Assembly (NCBI GenBank): GCA_038317095.1
Contig: JBBQBB010000006.1
Span: 21,504-85,503 of the forward strand
DNA length: 64,000 nt
From: Bacteroidia bacterium
GTDB lineage: Bacteria > Bacteroidota > Bacteroidia > NS11-12g > UBA955
Reading direction: 5' to 3'
The notes beneath the pieces were generated by a model that saw only the letters and a list, made by a program, of their open reading frames with translations, was not told the DNA's origin and searched no databases. Position numbers and translations under genes: made by a program. Below are positions 29,141 to 37,571 of this stretch, piece after piece. The stretch's first letter is position 1. Each line of letters opens with the position of its first letter.

Positions 29141-29472
29141 GCACCTGCATTGAGCCAAGAATCAATTAGTTTAATTTCGTTTTCTGGCAAACCAATACCC
29201 TTGTTCCATTGAATAGTGGGCATGTCTTTTTTTACGATAACATGATCTCTAAATTTGCCATTTTCTATACGAATCTATAGACTATCCCAATTATTTAAAT
29301 CGCCGCCCCATATAGCATAAATATATTTGTTTTCACCATGGCAATATTTACAATTTTGATCAAAGATGGTTTTAATATCTTTTAAATACGTAATCTTTTC
29401 TTCATTTTTTCTAAATGCAGCGCAAAACGATACAATTAAGAGAATCCCTATTACTCTTTTTTTCATAGTCAC
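29141..29472 (-). pseudogene. small c-type cytochrome (PSCyt-like haem-binding domain) interrupted by an in-frame TAG
   Basis: The 65-aa ORF (signal peptide, CKYCHG) continues in the same frame after the TAG at 29275-29277. The continuation reads IRIENGKFRDHVIVKKDMPTIQWNKGIGLPENEIKLIDSWLNAGAEY*, the expected C-terminal half of the domain. Confidence 0.6.
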
Positions 29473-29565
29473 AAAACAACTACAGTTAAACTGTCAAAAA
29501 TTTGATAGTGTGCGTAATGTATTTTTGGATGTGTAAATAGACATAAATTTAATTCTTTTGAGTTG

Positions 29566-32382
29566 TCAGACCAATTCTTTAAACTTTCCTTTGCTTTTCC
29601 GAATTGTACAAGCCACAACTTTATATTCTGGGCACATTGCATCAGTGTCGCATTCGCTGCTGGTAATGTTGTTCATGGCAATTTCAGGAAAGTGAAATGT
29701 AGAAGAAAAAATGCCGGGTTTTACTTCGTCACTTATTTTGGCCTTCACATCTACCTTACCTCTAGCACTTATTACACACACCATATCTCCGGATTTAATT
29801 TCGTGTCTTTCTGCGTCTATAGGATGAATTAACAACAAATCTTCTGTTACAATTTTTACGTTGCCAGTTCTGCGCGTCATAGTGCCGTTGTTGTAATGTT
29901 CCAATTCGCGATTGGTGGTAATAATGTAAGGAAATTCGGCGCCATTTTTTATAATTTCACTGGTTTCGCGCCATTCTGCAGATATGAATTTTCCCTTACC
30001 ACGTTTAAATTCTGTAATATGCAATATTTCTGTATCAGTGCCGTCTTTGGCTACTGGCCATTGTTTTCCGTTATCGCCCAATTCTTTCCATTTTACACCT
30101 TCAAAAAATGGAACTATTTGTGCAATTTCCTCTAGCAAAGTTTCGGCATTATAATCGGCTTGTTCGTAACCCATGCGGTTCATAATATCCACCATGATTT
30201 GGCCGTCGGATTTAGTGCCTTCTAATGGTTCTACTACTTGTTGTACTTTTTGAATGCGGCGTTCGCCGTTGGTGAAAGTTCCACTTTTTTCAAGAAAAGA
30301 AGCTGCGGGCAATACCACGTCTGCCATTAACGCAGTTTCAGTCATGAAAATTTCTTGTACTATCAACAAATCTAATTTTCCCAAAGCTGCTTTTACATGG
30401 TGCGTATTGGGGTCGGTTTGCACCACGTCTTCACCCATTAGCCAAAGTGCTTTTAATTTACCAGCCAAAGCGGCATCGTACATTTGGGGAATTTTATAGC
30501 CCACATAATTTGGCAATTTGGCACCATAAAAAGCTTCGTATTTTTGGTGGTATTCTGGAATGGTAACATCAAAATAACCTGCCCCTTGGTGGGGTTGGCA
30601 TCCCATGTCTGCTGCGCCTTGTACATTGTTTTGGCCACGCAATGGATTTACGCCAACTCCGCGGCGGCCAATATTGCCAGTAATCATTGCCAAATCTGCA
30701 ATTTGCATTACGGTAAACGTACCCAATGAATGCTCGGTAACACCCAATCCATGAAAACTCATGGCATTCGGAGCAGATGCATAAGCCATGGCCGCTGCCC
30801 GCACTAAAAGGCAATCAACCCCGGTTATTTTTTCAGCTTCCGCAATATCCAAAGCCAATATTTTTGTTTTAAAATCATCGTATCCTTCGGTTCTGTTTTC
30901 AATAAAACTTTTGTCTTCCAAACCTTCGGAGATGATGTAATACAGCATCATATTTAGCAGAGCTACATTGGTTCCAGGCCTTAACTGTAGATGGTATTTT
31001 GCATATTTGGCCATTTCAGTCCTGCGTGGATCAATAACGATGGCCGTGTTTTTCATGGCAAACTGTTTGAGTTTGGCGCCGGTAACAGGGTGTCCGTCTG
31101 TTGGGTTGGCGCCTATTACCATGATTAAATTTGTAAATTTTAAATCCACAACCGAGTTGGTGGCAGCCCCTGTTCCAAATGTGCGTTGCATGCCTAAAGC
31201 AGTAGGTGAGTGGCAAACTCTAGCGCAACTGTCGATGTTGTTGGTGCCAATGGTCGCGCGAATGAATTTTTGCATGAGGTAATTTTCTTCATTTGTGCAC
31301 CTGGCGCTAGAAATGCCTGCTATATAATCTGGACCAAAATCCGTTTTAATGGCATTTAATTTATCGGCAATAAAATCATAGGCTTCATCCCATGTTGCTG
31401 GCGTTAATTCTCCATTTTTTCGAATCAACGGAGTGCGCAAACGGTCTGGATGGTTGTAAAATCCAAAGGCATAGCGGCCTTTTAAACAAGTATGACCTTC
31501 ATTTACCTTAGCATCATATGGCGCTTGAATGCTTTTGACTTTTCCATTTACTGTGGCTACATCCAAGTTGCAACCCACTCCGCAATAGGTGCAAATGGTG
31601 CGGGTTTTTTCAGTGCCCACAATGCTTTTGCTTTCAAACACGTCTGATATTGCAGATGTTGGACAGGCTTGGGCACATGCTCCACAGCTAACACAATCAC
31701 TTTCAAAAAAATTTACTTCAGATCCTTTTACAATATGACTGTCAAAACCGCGTCCAGCCATGCTTAAAACGAATTGACCTTGGACTTCTTCACAAGCCCT
31801 AACACATCTGAAACAGTTGATGCATTTGCTCATATCCGAGGTCATATAGGGGTGGCTTAAATCTTTTTCTCTGTCTAGGTGGTTTTTCCCTTCTGGGTAG
31901 CGCACTTTGCGCACCCCTACCTTGGCAGCCACTTCTTGCAATTCGCAATTGTTATTCACTTCACAAGTAAGGCAATCCAATGGGTGATCTGTTAAAACCA
32001 ATTCTATTATATTTTTTCTAAGTTTTTGAATACGGTCGCTGCTTGGATAAATGTAACTTCCGGGCATTACGGGAGTGTGGCAACTCGCCATGCTTTTGGC
32101 GCTGCCATTTTCTGTCAGAGCCACGTCAACGCTGCAAATGCGGCAACTTCCAAACGGTTCCAAATTTGGCGCATCGCAAAGGGTTGGAACGAGTTCTGCG
32201 CCATGAATGCGACGAACCAATTGAAGAATGGTTTCTCCGTCGCGAATTTCGTGAGGCACGTTGTCGATATAGGCAATTTTGGCATCCACTTTTGGGTTAG
32301 AATTGCTGCCAGAATTTTTGTCGGAGCCTGTTTCACGGGCTGTAATTATTGGGCTGGATGAGGATTTTGTGTCGAAGGTCAT
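29566..32382 (-). CDS. fdhF: formate dehydrogenase alpha subunit (NuoG-like 2Fe-2S + 4Fe-4S + molybdopterin domains), Cys-type
   Basis: GSCRICSVDV (2Fe-2S), CINCFRCVRAC / CVSCGACAQACP (ferredoxin), TICTYCGVGCNLDV (MopB cluster), and CARVCHSPT where Sec enzymes have U. I chose the start at MTFDTKS (32382). Confidence 0.9.
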   Translation of the reverse strand: MTFDTKSSSSPIITARETGSDKNSGSNSNPKVDAKIAYIDNVPHEIRDGETILQLVRRIHGAELVPTLCDAPNLEPFGSCRICSVDVALTENGSAKSMASCHTPVMPGSYIYPSSDRIQKLRKNIIELVLTDHPLDCLTCEVNNNCELQEVAAKVGVRKVRYPEGKNHLDREKDLSHPYMTSDMSKCINCFRCVRACEEVQGQFVLSMAGRGFDSHIVKGSEVNFFESDCVSCGACAQACPTSAISDVFESKSIVGTEKTRTICTYCGVGCNLDVATVNGKVKSIQAPYDAKVNEGHTCLKGRYAFGFYNHPDRLRTPLIRKNGELTPATWDEAYDFIADKLNAIKTDFGPDYIAGISSARCTNEENYLMQKFIRATIGTNNIDSCARVCHSPTALGMQRTFGTGAATNSVVDLKFTNLIMVIGANPTDGHPVTGAKLKQFAMKNTAIVIDPRRTEMAKYAKYHLQLRPGTNVALLNMMLYYIISEGLEDKSFIENRTEGYDDFKTKILALDIAEAEKITGVDCLLVRAAAMAYASAPNAMSFHGLGVTEHSLGTFTVMQIADLAMITGNIGRRGVGVNPLRGQNNVQGAADMGCQPHQGAGYFDVTIPEYHQKYEAFYGAKLPNYVGYKIPQMYDAALAGKLKALWLMGEDVVQTDPNTHHVKAALGKLDLLIVQEIFMTETALMADVVLPAASFLEKSGTFTNGERRIQKVQQVVEPLEGTKSDGQIMVDIMNRMGYEQADYNAETLLEEIAQIVPFFEGVKWKELGDNGKQWPVAKDGTDTEILHITEFKRGKGKFISAEWRETSEIIKNGAEFPYIITTNRELEHYNNGTMTRRTGNVKIVTEDLLLIHPIDAERHEIKSGDMVCVISARGKVDVKAKISDEVKPGIFSSTFHFPEIAMNNITSSECDTDAMCPEYKVVACTIRKSKGKFKELV

Positions 32383-32507
32383 ACAAATAGGTTTGACGAA
32401 TGAAGGTTGCAATTTAGGGAAAAAATGAAACAATTGCGTTGTGTGTTGTTAAAACAGGACAATATCACCAAAATGGGTTCGCGTTTTCAGGATCGAATTC
32501 TATCTCA

Positions 32508-32632
32508 CAGACGGAATTAATACAAATTGCGTCTGCAAATGGACGGTATTAATATAAATTGCGTCTGCTTATAGACGGAATTAATAGAAATAGCGTCAAT
32601 GAATGGACGGAAATAGATTGAATTGCGTCCAT
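32508..32632. repeat. array of four iteron-like units, each an inverted repeat GACG-N15/16-CGTC with a conserved AT-rich core
   Basis: cAGACGGAATTAATACAAATTGCGTCTg, GGACGGTATTAATATAAATTGCGTCTg, AGACGGAATTAATAGAAATAGCGTCa, atGGACGGAAATAGATTGAATTGCGTCCat. GACGG starts at 32510, 32542, 32575 and 32606 (spacing 32, 33, 31 bp). Confidence 0.85.
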
Positions 32633-32687
32633 AGTTCGTAAAAAAGTTTTATCTTTGTGCCAATAAGATGCAATAAGACAAACTGCG

Positions 32688-33815
32688 ATGGACATTGTTC
32701 GATATTTTTCTAGCAAATGGCAAAAAGACTTTAAACCAGGAAAGGTTTTGGCTTTGTATGGACCCCGTCAAGTTGGGAAAACAACATTAGTAGAAACATT
32801 TTTAAAAAAACAAAAAGGTGTATTGTTCACAGATACAGGGGAAAATTCCGATTTGAAGGAAATTCTAGACAGTCTATCGTTGCAAAGAATTCGGAATTTC
32901 TTTGCTGGATACGACATGGTTTTTATTGATGAAGTGCAAGAGATTGAAAATGCTGGCAAAGCGCTGAAATTGATGACCGATCACTTAAAGAAGACAAAAA
33001 TCATTGTAACAGGCTCGGCCATGATGGATTTGGCAGGGAAAATTGGCGAGCCCCTTGTTGGAAGGCAAGCGGTGTATCAAATGTTCCCAGTAGCAGCTAC
33101 AGAATTGAGAGATACTTTAGGCGGAGCTGCTGTGCAAATGATGCTGCCAGAACTTTTGGTCTATGGAAGTTATCCAAATATTTTTCAGCTGGAAAATAGA
33201 GATGAAAAAGAAAAGTACTTAAAACAAGTGCGTGATTCTTACCTTTTAAAAGATATTCTGGCATATGATGGTATTCGAAATTCAAAAAAAATCCTGGATT
33301 TGCTGAGAATGCTTGCCTTTAGGATAGGAAAAGAAATATCCATTGAAAACATTGGCAATGCGCTTGGCATGGGAAAAAACACCGTCGCCTCCTATTTGGA
33401 TTTACTGGAAAAGGTTTTTATTATTTACAATGTGAGGGGGTTTACGAAAAATATGGACAATGAAATTACCAAAACAAGTCGCTATTATTTTTATGACAAT
33501 GGGGTTCGAAATGCGATCATCAACAATTTTAATTCCATCGGCATCAGGGACGATGTAGGTGCACTTTGGGAAAACTTTATGTTTATGGAACGAATGAAAA
33601 AACAGCATTACGGTGGAAAGAAAGCCGCTAACTATTTTTGGCGGACTTACACACAACAAGAGATAGATTTAATAGAGGAAATAGATGGTACGATTACTGC
33701 ATATGAATTTAAGTATTCACCAGGAAAAAACAAGCCGCCTACATTGTGGGCAAAAAACTATCCTGACACGGCGTATTTTGAGGTTCATAAAAACAATTGG
33801 TTTGAGTTTATATAA
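32688..33815 (+). CDS. AAA-family ATPase with a DUF4143 C-terminal domain (COG1373-like)
   Basis: Walker A GPRQVGKTT and Walker B VFIDEVQ. The C-terminal half has the DUF4143-like YFYDNGVRN and QEIDLIEE (PD-(D/E)xK-like). Confidence 0.8.
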   Translation: MDIVRYFSSKWQKDFKPGKVLALYGPRQVGKTTLVETFLKKQKGVLFTDTGENSDLKEILDSLSLQRIRNFFAGYDMVFIDEVQEIENAGKALKLMTDHLKKTKIIVTGSAMMDLAGKIGEPLVGRQAVYQMFPVAATELRDTLGGAAVQMMLPELLVYGSYPNIFQLENRDEKEKYLKQVRDSYLLKDILAYDGIRNSKKILDLLRMLAFRIGKEISIENIGNALGMGKNTVASYLDLLEKVFIIYNVRGFTKNMDNEITKTSRYYFYDNGVRNAIINNFNSIGIRDDVGALWENFMFMERMKKQHYGGKKAANYFWRTYTQQEIDLIEEIDGTITAYEFKYSPGKNKPPTLWAKNYPDTAYFEVHKNNWFEFI

Positions 33816-33957
33816 ACTCTCAAAAAAACTGTAATGGTGTATTATGCAGCACACACAGATTGTGTATTGCCTCAATTTTTAGGAAAATGATAAGATATGG
33901 ATGGGTGAATTCGGAATTGTCATTGTTTATTCCTAATCTTGTATAAAATAAACTGCC

Positions 33958-34293
33958 ATGAAAAAAATCTACGTATTCTTACTTATGCCTTTTCTACTAG
34001 TAACCTGCAAAAAGAAAAAGGACGATTGTGAAACCAAGAATTTCGGAAGTTTGAAAGTTGCTTTCGGCGCTTTTACGAAAAGACATTCCATCATCATAAC
34101 TTACCCTGGGGCGGCCAATGCACGGGAGAAAATTGTACCCATTGGCGCAACCAGCGATACCGTGCAGATACCGCCAGATGTGTATCCCATTACCATATCA
34201 AGTTTAAATTCTAGTGGACAGGTTGTAGATCAGTCTGTAAAATCAACGACCATTGCCAAGTGTCAGCAAAGCGATTTATCCGTTCCATTTTAA
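33958..34293 (+). CDS. hypothetical small lipoprotein
   Basis: MKKIYVFLLMPFLLVTCKKKK (lipobox LVTC). I recognise no domain. Confidence 0.5.
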   Translation: MKKIYVFLLMPFLLVTCKKKKDDCETKNFGSLKVAFGAFTKRHSIIITYPGAANAREKIVPIGATSDTVQIPPDVYPITISSLNSSGQVVDQSVKSTTIAKCQQSDLSVPF

Positions 34294-34397
34294 ATTATTT
34301 GGGTTATAATGAACTTTATCACTGACATTTTATTTACGCAGTATTACGAAGTAAAAAGCAGGGGGATACCCTAAAATCAGCAAAAAATACGGGAATA

Positions 34398-34715
34398 TTG
34401 CTTGTGTCGGTATTCATTATTTTGATTTTTATTACCTCATTTATTGTGTTGAATTTGTTTCACCTTTGGGATTCAATATCCACACAGTTGATTGGCAGAG
34501 TAACAGAAAAAATACTTGGTTTAATATTGCTGGGATTGACTTTCGGAACTTTGTATTTAATTTATGGGAAGCACGAAAAATATGACCAAATAATAGAAGA
34601 ATACGAAGTGAAAGGAGAAAATGAAAGACAACAAATCTACAAAAGCGCGAGGAAAAGGCTCTTGATATTATTTTTTAGTATGTTGGTTATATCTGTATTC
34701 TGCGTAATAATATAA
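34398..34715 (+). CDS. hypothetical small membrane protein (start uncertain; possibly frameshifted from ATG 34309)
   Basis: Three hydrophobic spans. There is only a TTG start. An upstream ATG ORF (34309-34374) would join in frame if the G5 run at 34361-34365 gained 1 nt. Confidence 0.4.
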   Translation: MLVSVFIILIFITSFIVLNLFHLWDSISTQLIGRVTEKILGLILLGLTFGTLYLIYGKHEKYDQIIEEYEVKGENERQQIYKSARKRLLILFFSMLVISVFCVII

Positions 34716-34769
34716 AGCCACAATTCTTGGTTTTCGTGCACATTTGGGGGGCAATTCAGTTTTCTCGCT

Positions 34770-34777
34770 TACCTTTG
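34770..34777 (+). promoter_or_regulatory. candidate Bacteroidota -7 promoter box (TAnnTTTG)
   Basis: TACCTTTG at 34770-34777, with a TTTG at 34743-34746 about 23 nt upstream. It would place the transcription start downstream of the track's TTG start at 34744. Confidence 0.3.
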
Positions 34778-34791
34778 TAAATAAACATATT

Positions 34792-36003
34792 TTGCATTTT
34801 CACGATTTTCTTTTCGATTATGACATTCAAGATGGGTTGGATGATATGGGATTTGAAACCCCAACTCCTATTCAAGAACAGGCCATTCCTATTATACAAA
34901 GCGGCCAAGATTTAATTGGTTGTGCCCAGACCGGCACTGGAAAAACCGCGGCATTTTTGTTGCCTGTATTAGACAAACTGGCCAGAAACCCTTCGCACCA
35001 TACTGATACGCTAATTATTGTGCCAACCCGCGAATTAGCACTTCAAATCTCACAAGCCCTGCAAGGATTTTCGTACCATACACCCATCAGTTCACTGGCC
35101 ATTTATGGAGGCAATGATGGAATGGCTTTTGAAAGAGAAAAAAAGGCCATTTTGGAAGGAGCCAATATTATTATTGCCACCCCAGGCCGATTTTTAGCGC
35201 ATATTAACATGGGTTATGTAAAATTTAATCATTTAAAACATTTGATTTTGGATGAAGCAGATCGAATGCTTGATATGGGTTTTGTGGATGACATCATGCG
35301 CATAGTAAAAGAGTTGCCCGCAAAACGCCAAACTTTGCTTTTTTCGGCTACAATGCCCCCAAAAATTAGAACTTTGGGAGCAAAATTGTTGCATAATCCA
35401 GTACAAATTAGCTTGTCTGTTTCCAAACCTGCAGAAGGGGTTACTCAAGGCGCGTATCTGGTTTACAATGCCAATAAAAATGCACTCTGCACCGCTATTT
35501 TAAAGGATAAAAAACTACCCAGTGTTATTATATTTTCAGGCACAAAAATTAAAGTTAAAGATTTAGAAAGAGACCTTAAAAAAGCTGGATTTAATGCCCG
35601 CGCCATTCACTCAGACTTGGATCAATCTGAAAGGGAAGAAGTGCTGCGTGGCTTTCGAAGTAAAAAAATACCTGTACTTGTGGCCACTGATGTGTTGTCT
35701 CGTGGTATTGATATTGAAGACATTGGCATGGTTATCAATTTTGATGTACCTGGAGATGCCGAAGATTATATCCACCGCATTGGCAGAACCGCAAGGGCAG
35801 CAACTACGGGAGAAGCCATTACCTTTATTTCAGAATTGGATCAAAGAAAATTTCAACAAATTGAAGCATTAATTGGGGCAGAAGTTCCAAAATTACCGAT
35901 GCCGGAAGGCATTCCCAAAGGCCCCGATTACAATCCCAACGTGAAACCCAAAGGGGATTTTAAAGGGAATAAAAAGCCTTTTCATAAATTTAAAAAGAAA
36001 TAG
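34792..36003 (+). CDS. DEAD-box ATP-dependent RNA helicase
   Basis: Q-motif GFETPTPIQ, AQTGTGKT, PTRELA, DEAD (LDEADRM), SAT, and HRIGRTARA. A Lys-rich tail is present. The start is uncertain (TTG 34792 chosen; the track gives 34744). Confidence 0.9.
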   Translation: MHFHDFLFDYDIQDGLDDMGFETPTPIQEQAIPIIQSGQDLIGCAQTGTGKTAAFLLPVLDKLARNPSHHTDTLIIVPTRELALQISQALQGFSYHTPISSLAIYGGNDGMAFEREKKAILEGANIIIATPGRFLAHINMGYVKFNHLKHLILDEADRMLDMGFVDDIMRIVKELPAKRQTLLFSATMPPKIRTLGAKLLHNPVQISLSVSKPAEGVTQGAYLVYNANKNALCTAILKDKKLPSVIIFSGTKIKVKDLERDLKKAGFNARAIHSDLDQSEREEVLRGFRSKKIPVLVATDVLSRGIDIEDIGMVINFDVPGDAEDYIHRIGRTARAATTGEAITFISELDQRKFQQIEALIGAEVPKLPMPEGIPKGPDYNPNVKPKGDFKGNKKPFHKFKKK

Positions 36004-36014
36004 TTGAAATACAC

Positions 36015-37565
36015 ATGAATCGCAAAGCGAAATTTGTTTTCAAAACATTTTTTAAACATGATTTTAAAGCAAGTATAACCGTATTCTTTGTTGCGCTTCC
36101 GCTTTGCTTGGGTGTTGCTTTGGCTTCAGGTGCGCCGGTAGTAAGTGGAATTATTGCCGGAATTGTCGGCGGTTTGATAGTAACGCTGGTGAGTGGATCC
36201 AGTCTCAGTGTGAGTGGTCCAGCCGCTGGTTTAACTGCCATATGTACCGCGGCAATCACAGACCTTGGCGCATTGGATATCTTTTTCGTTTCTGTGAGTG
36301 CAGCAGGAGTAATTCAAATTTTATTGGGAGTGTTAAAGCTGGGTGGATTCTCACATTTTATTCCCAGTGCGGTAATTAAAGGAATGTTGGCCGCCATTGG
36401 TATTATTTTGATGACCAAACAGATACCTTTGATCTTGGGATACGAAAAACCTGATTTTTATACGGATGAATTTTTTAACGTGTTTACCTTGCATTCTGGC
36501 TTCGACCATAAGGAAGGATTCTTTCCCCACATTTCAGAAGGCACCATTTTGCTTTCTATATTGGCCATATTCGTAATTTTTATTTGGGATCGATTTTTAG
36601 CAAAAAGAATTTCATTTCTTTCCTCAAGTTTTGTGGTTGTAATCATCATTTCAGCGCTTGCTCAATGGATCCCGGAAAACTGGCATTTTTTAGCATTAAA
36701 AAATTCGCATTTTGTAACGTTACCGAACAATATTTTTGCGGATATAAAATTCCCTAATTTTAAACAAGCGTTGGGCAATGGTATGGTATGGAAATATTCC
36801 TTAATTATTGCATTCGTTGCCTCCTTAGAATCTCTGTTAAGCCTAGAAGCCGTGGATAAATTAGATCCTATGAAAAGGGTAACACCGCCGAACCGTGAAT
36901 TAATTGCACAAGGCAGTGGAAATTTTATAAGCGGTTTGTTTGGCGGCATTCCCATTACATCTGTAATTGTGAGGAGTTCGGCAAATGCATCGGCTGGTGC
37001 AAAAACCAAATGGTCCTCTTTTACCCATGGCGTTTGGTTGTTATTGGCGGTCCTTTTTGCCATTCCATTTATCCAACTGATTCCTTATTGTGTTTTGGCC
37101 ATTATTTTGTTTCTCACGGGTTATAAGTTAACTAAACCCAGCATGTATAAAGCTATTTTTAGCCAAGGAAGAGAGCAGTTTTTGCCTTTTGCCGTAACCA
37201 TCATTGCTATACTTTCTACAGATTTATTGATTGGCGTGGTCATTGGTACAATCTACGCCATTTATTTTTTGATAAAACATACATACCGTGCAGGCTATAC
37301 ATATTCCGAAGCCAAGCATGGCAATATTTTGCATATTCAAATTACCTTTGCTTTAAATGTGAGTTTTTTAAACAAAAAAAGAATGAGAAATACCTTGGAT
37401 AAAATCCCGCCTTATTCTGTTGTAACCCTTGAAGCTACGGATAGTGTTTATATAGATTATGATATTTTAGAGATTACCCAAGACTTTAAAGTAAAGGCAA
37501 AAGAAAAGCACATTGAATTAATTTTTATTGATGTGCCAGACGTTAAAGTCTTGGATTATCATTGA
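36015..37565 (+). CDS. SulP family inorganic anion transporter with a C-terminal STAS domain
   Basis: Polytopic N-terminal domain (VALPLCLGVALASGAP, SLLSLEAVD, NRELIAQGSGNFISGLFGG) followed by about 90 aa of STAS-like tail. Confidence 0.9.
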   Translation: MNRKAKFVFKTFFKHDFKASITVFFVALPLCLGVALASGAPVVSGIIAGIVGGLIVTLVSGSSLSVSGPAAGLTAICTAAITDLGALDIFFVSVSAAGVIQILLGVLKLGGFSHFIPSAVIKGMLAAIGIILMTKQIPLILGYEKPDFYTDEFFNVFTLHSGFDHKEGFFPHISEGTILLSILAIFVIFIWDRFLAKRISFLSSSFVVVIIISALAQWIPENWHFLALKNSHFVTLPNNIFADIKFPNFKQALGNGMVWKYSLIIAFVASLESLLSLEAVDKLDPMKRVTPPNRELIAQGSGNFISGLFGGIPITSVIVRSSANASAGAKTKWSSFTHGVWLLLAVLFAIPFIQLIPYCVLAIILFLTGYKLTKPSMYKAIFSQGREQFLPFAVTIIAILSTDLLIGVVIGTIYAIYFLIKHTYRAGYTYSEAKHGNILHIQITFALNVSFLNKKRMRNTLDKIPPYSVVTLEATDSVYIDYDILEITQDFKVKAKEKHIELIFIDVPDVKVLDYH

Positions 37566-37571
37566 TATCCT

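Noticed and set aside
29275-29277. In-frame TAG in the small cytochrome c gene as programmed read-through or pyrrolysine
   Set aside because: There are no pyl genes or other supporting context. The gene sits in a region full of other decayed genes, so a simple nonsense mutation (pseudogene) is the parsimonious reading.
29566-32382. Selenocysteine recoding, or a Moco riboswitch, associated with the formate dehydrogenase
   Set aside because: The ORF is uninterrupted and has Cys at the Sec position (CARVCHSP), so no TGA recoding or SECIS is needed. The 5' leader (32383-32507, minus strand) shows none of the conserved Moco-motif blocks I know.
32508-32632. Possibility that the four repeats are a mini CRISPR array
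   Set aside because: The inter-unit spacers are only about 5-10 bp, the units are only 23-30 bp and are themselves palindromes with conserved cores, and no cas genes are present. The array is better described as an iteron or operator array.
36662-37063. 133-aa minus-strand ORF, and similar 60-130-aa ORFs within large genes (e.g. 13396-13806, 39125-39517, 59427-59951)
   Set aside because: All are nested antisense or off-frame within long ORFs that carry clear motifs or signal peptides, and none has recognisable motifs. I treated them as chance ORFs.
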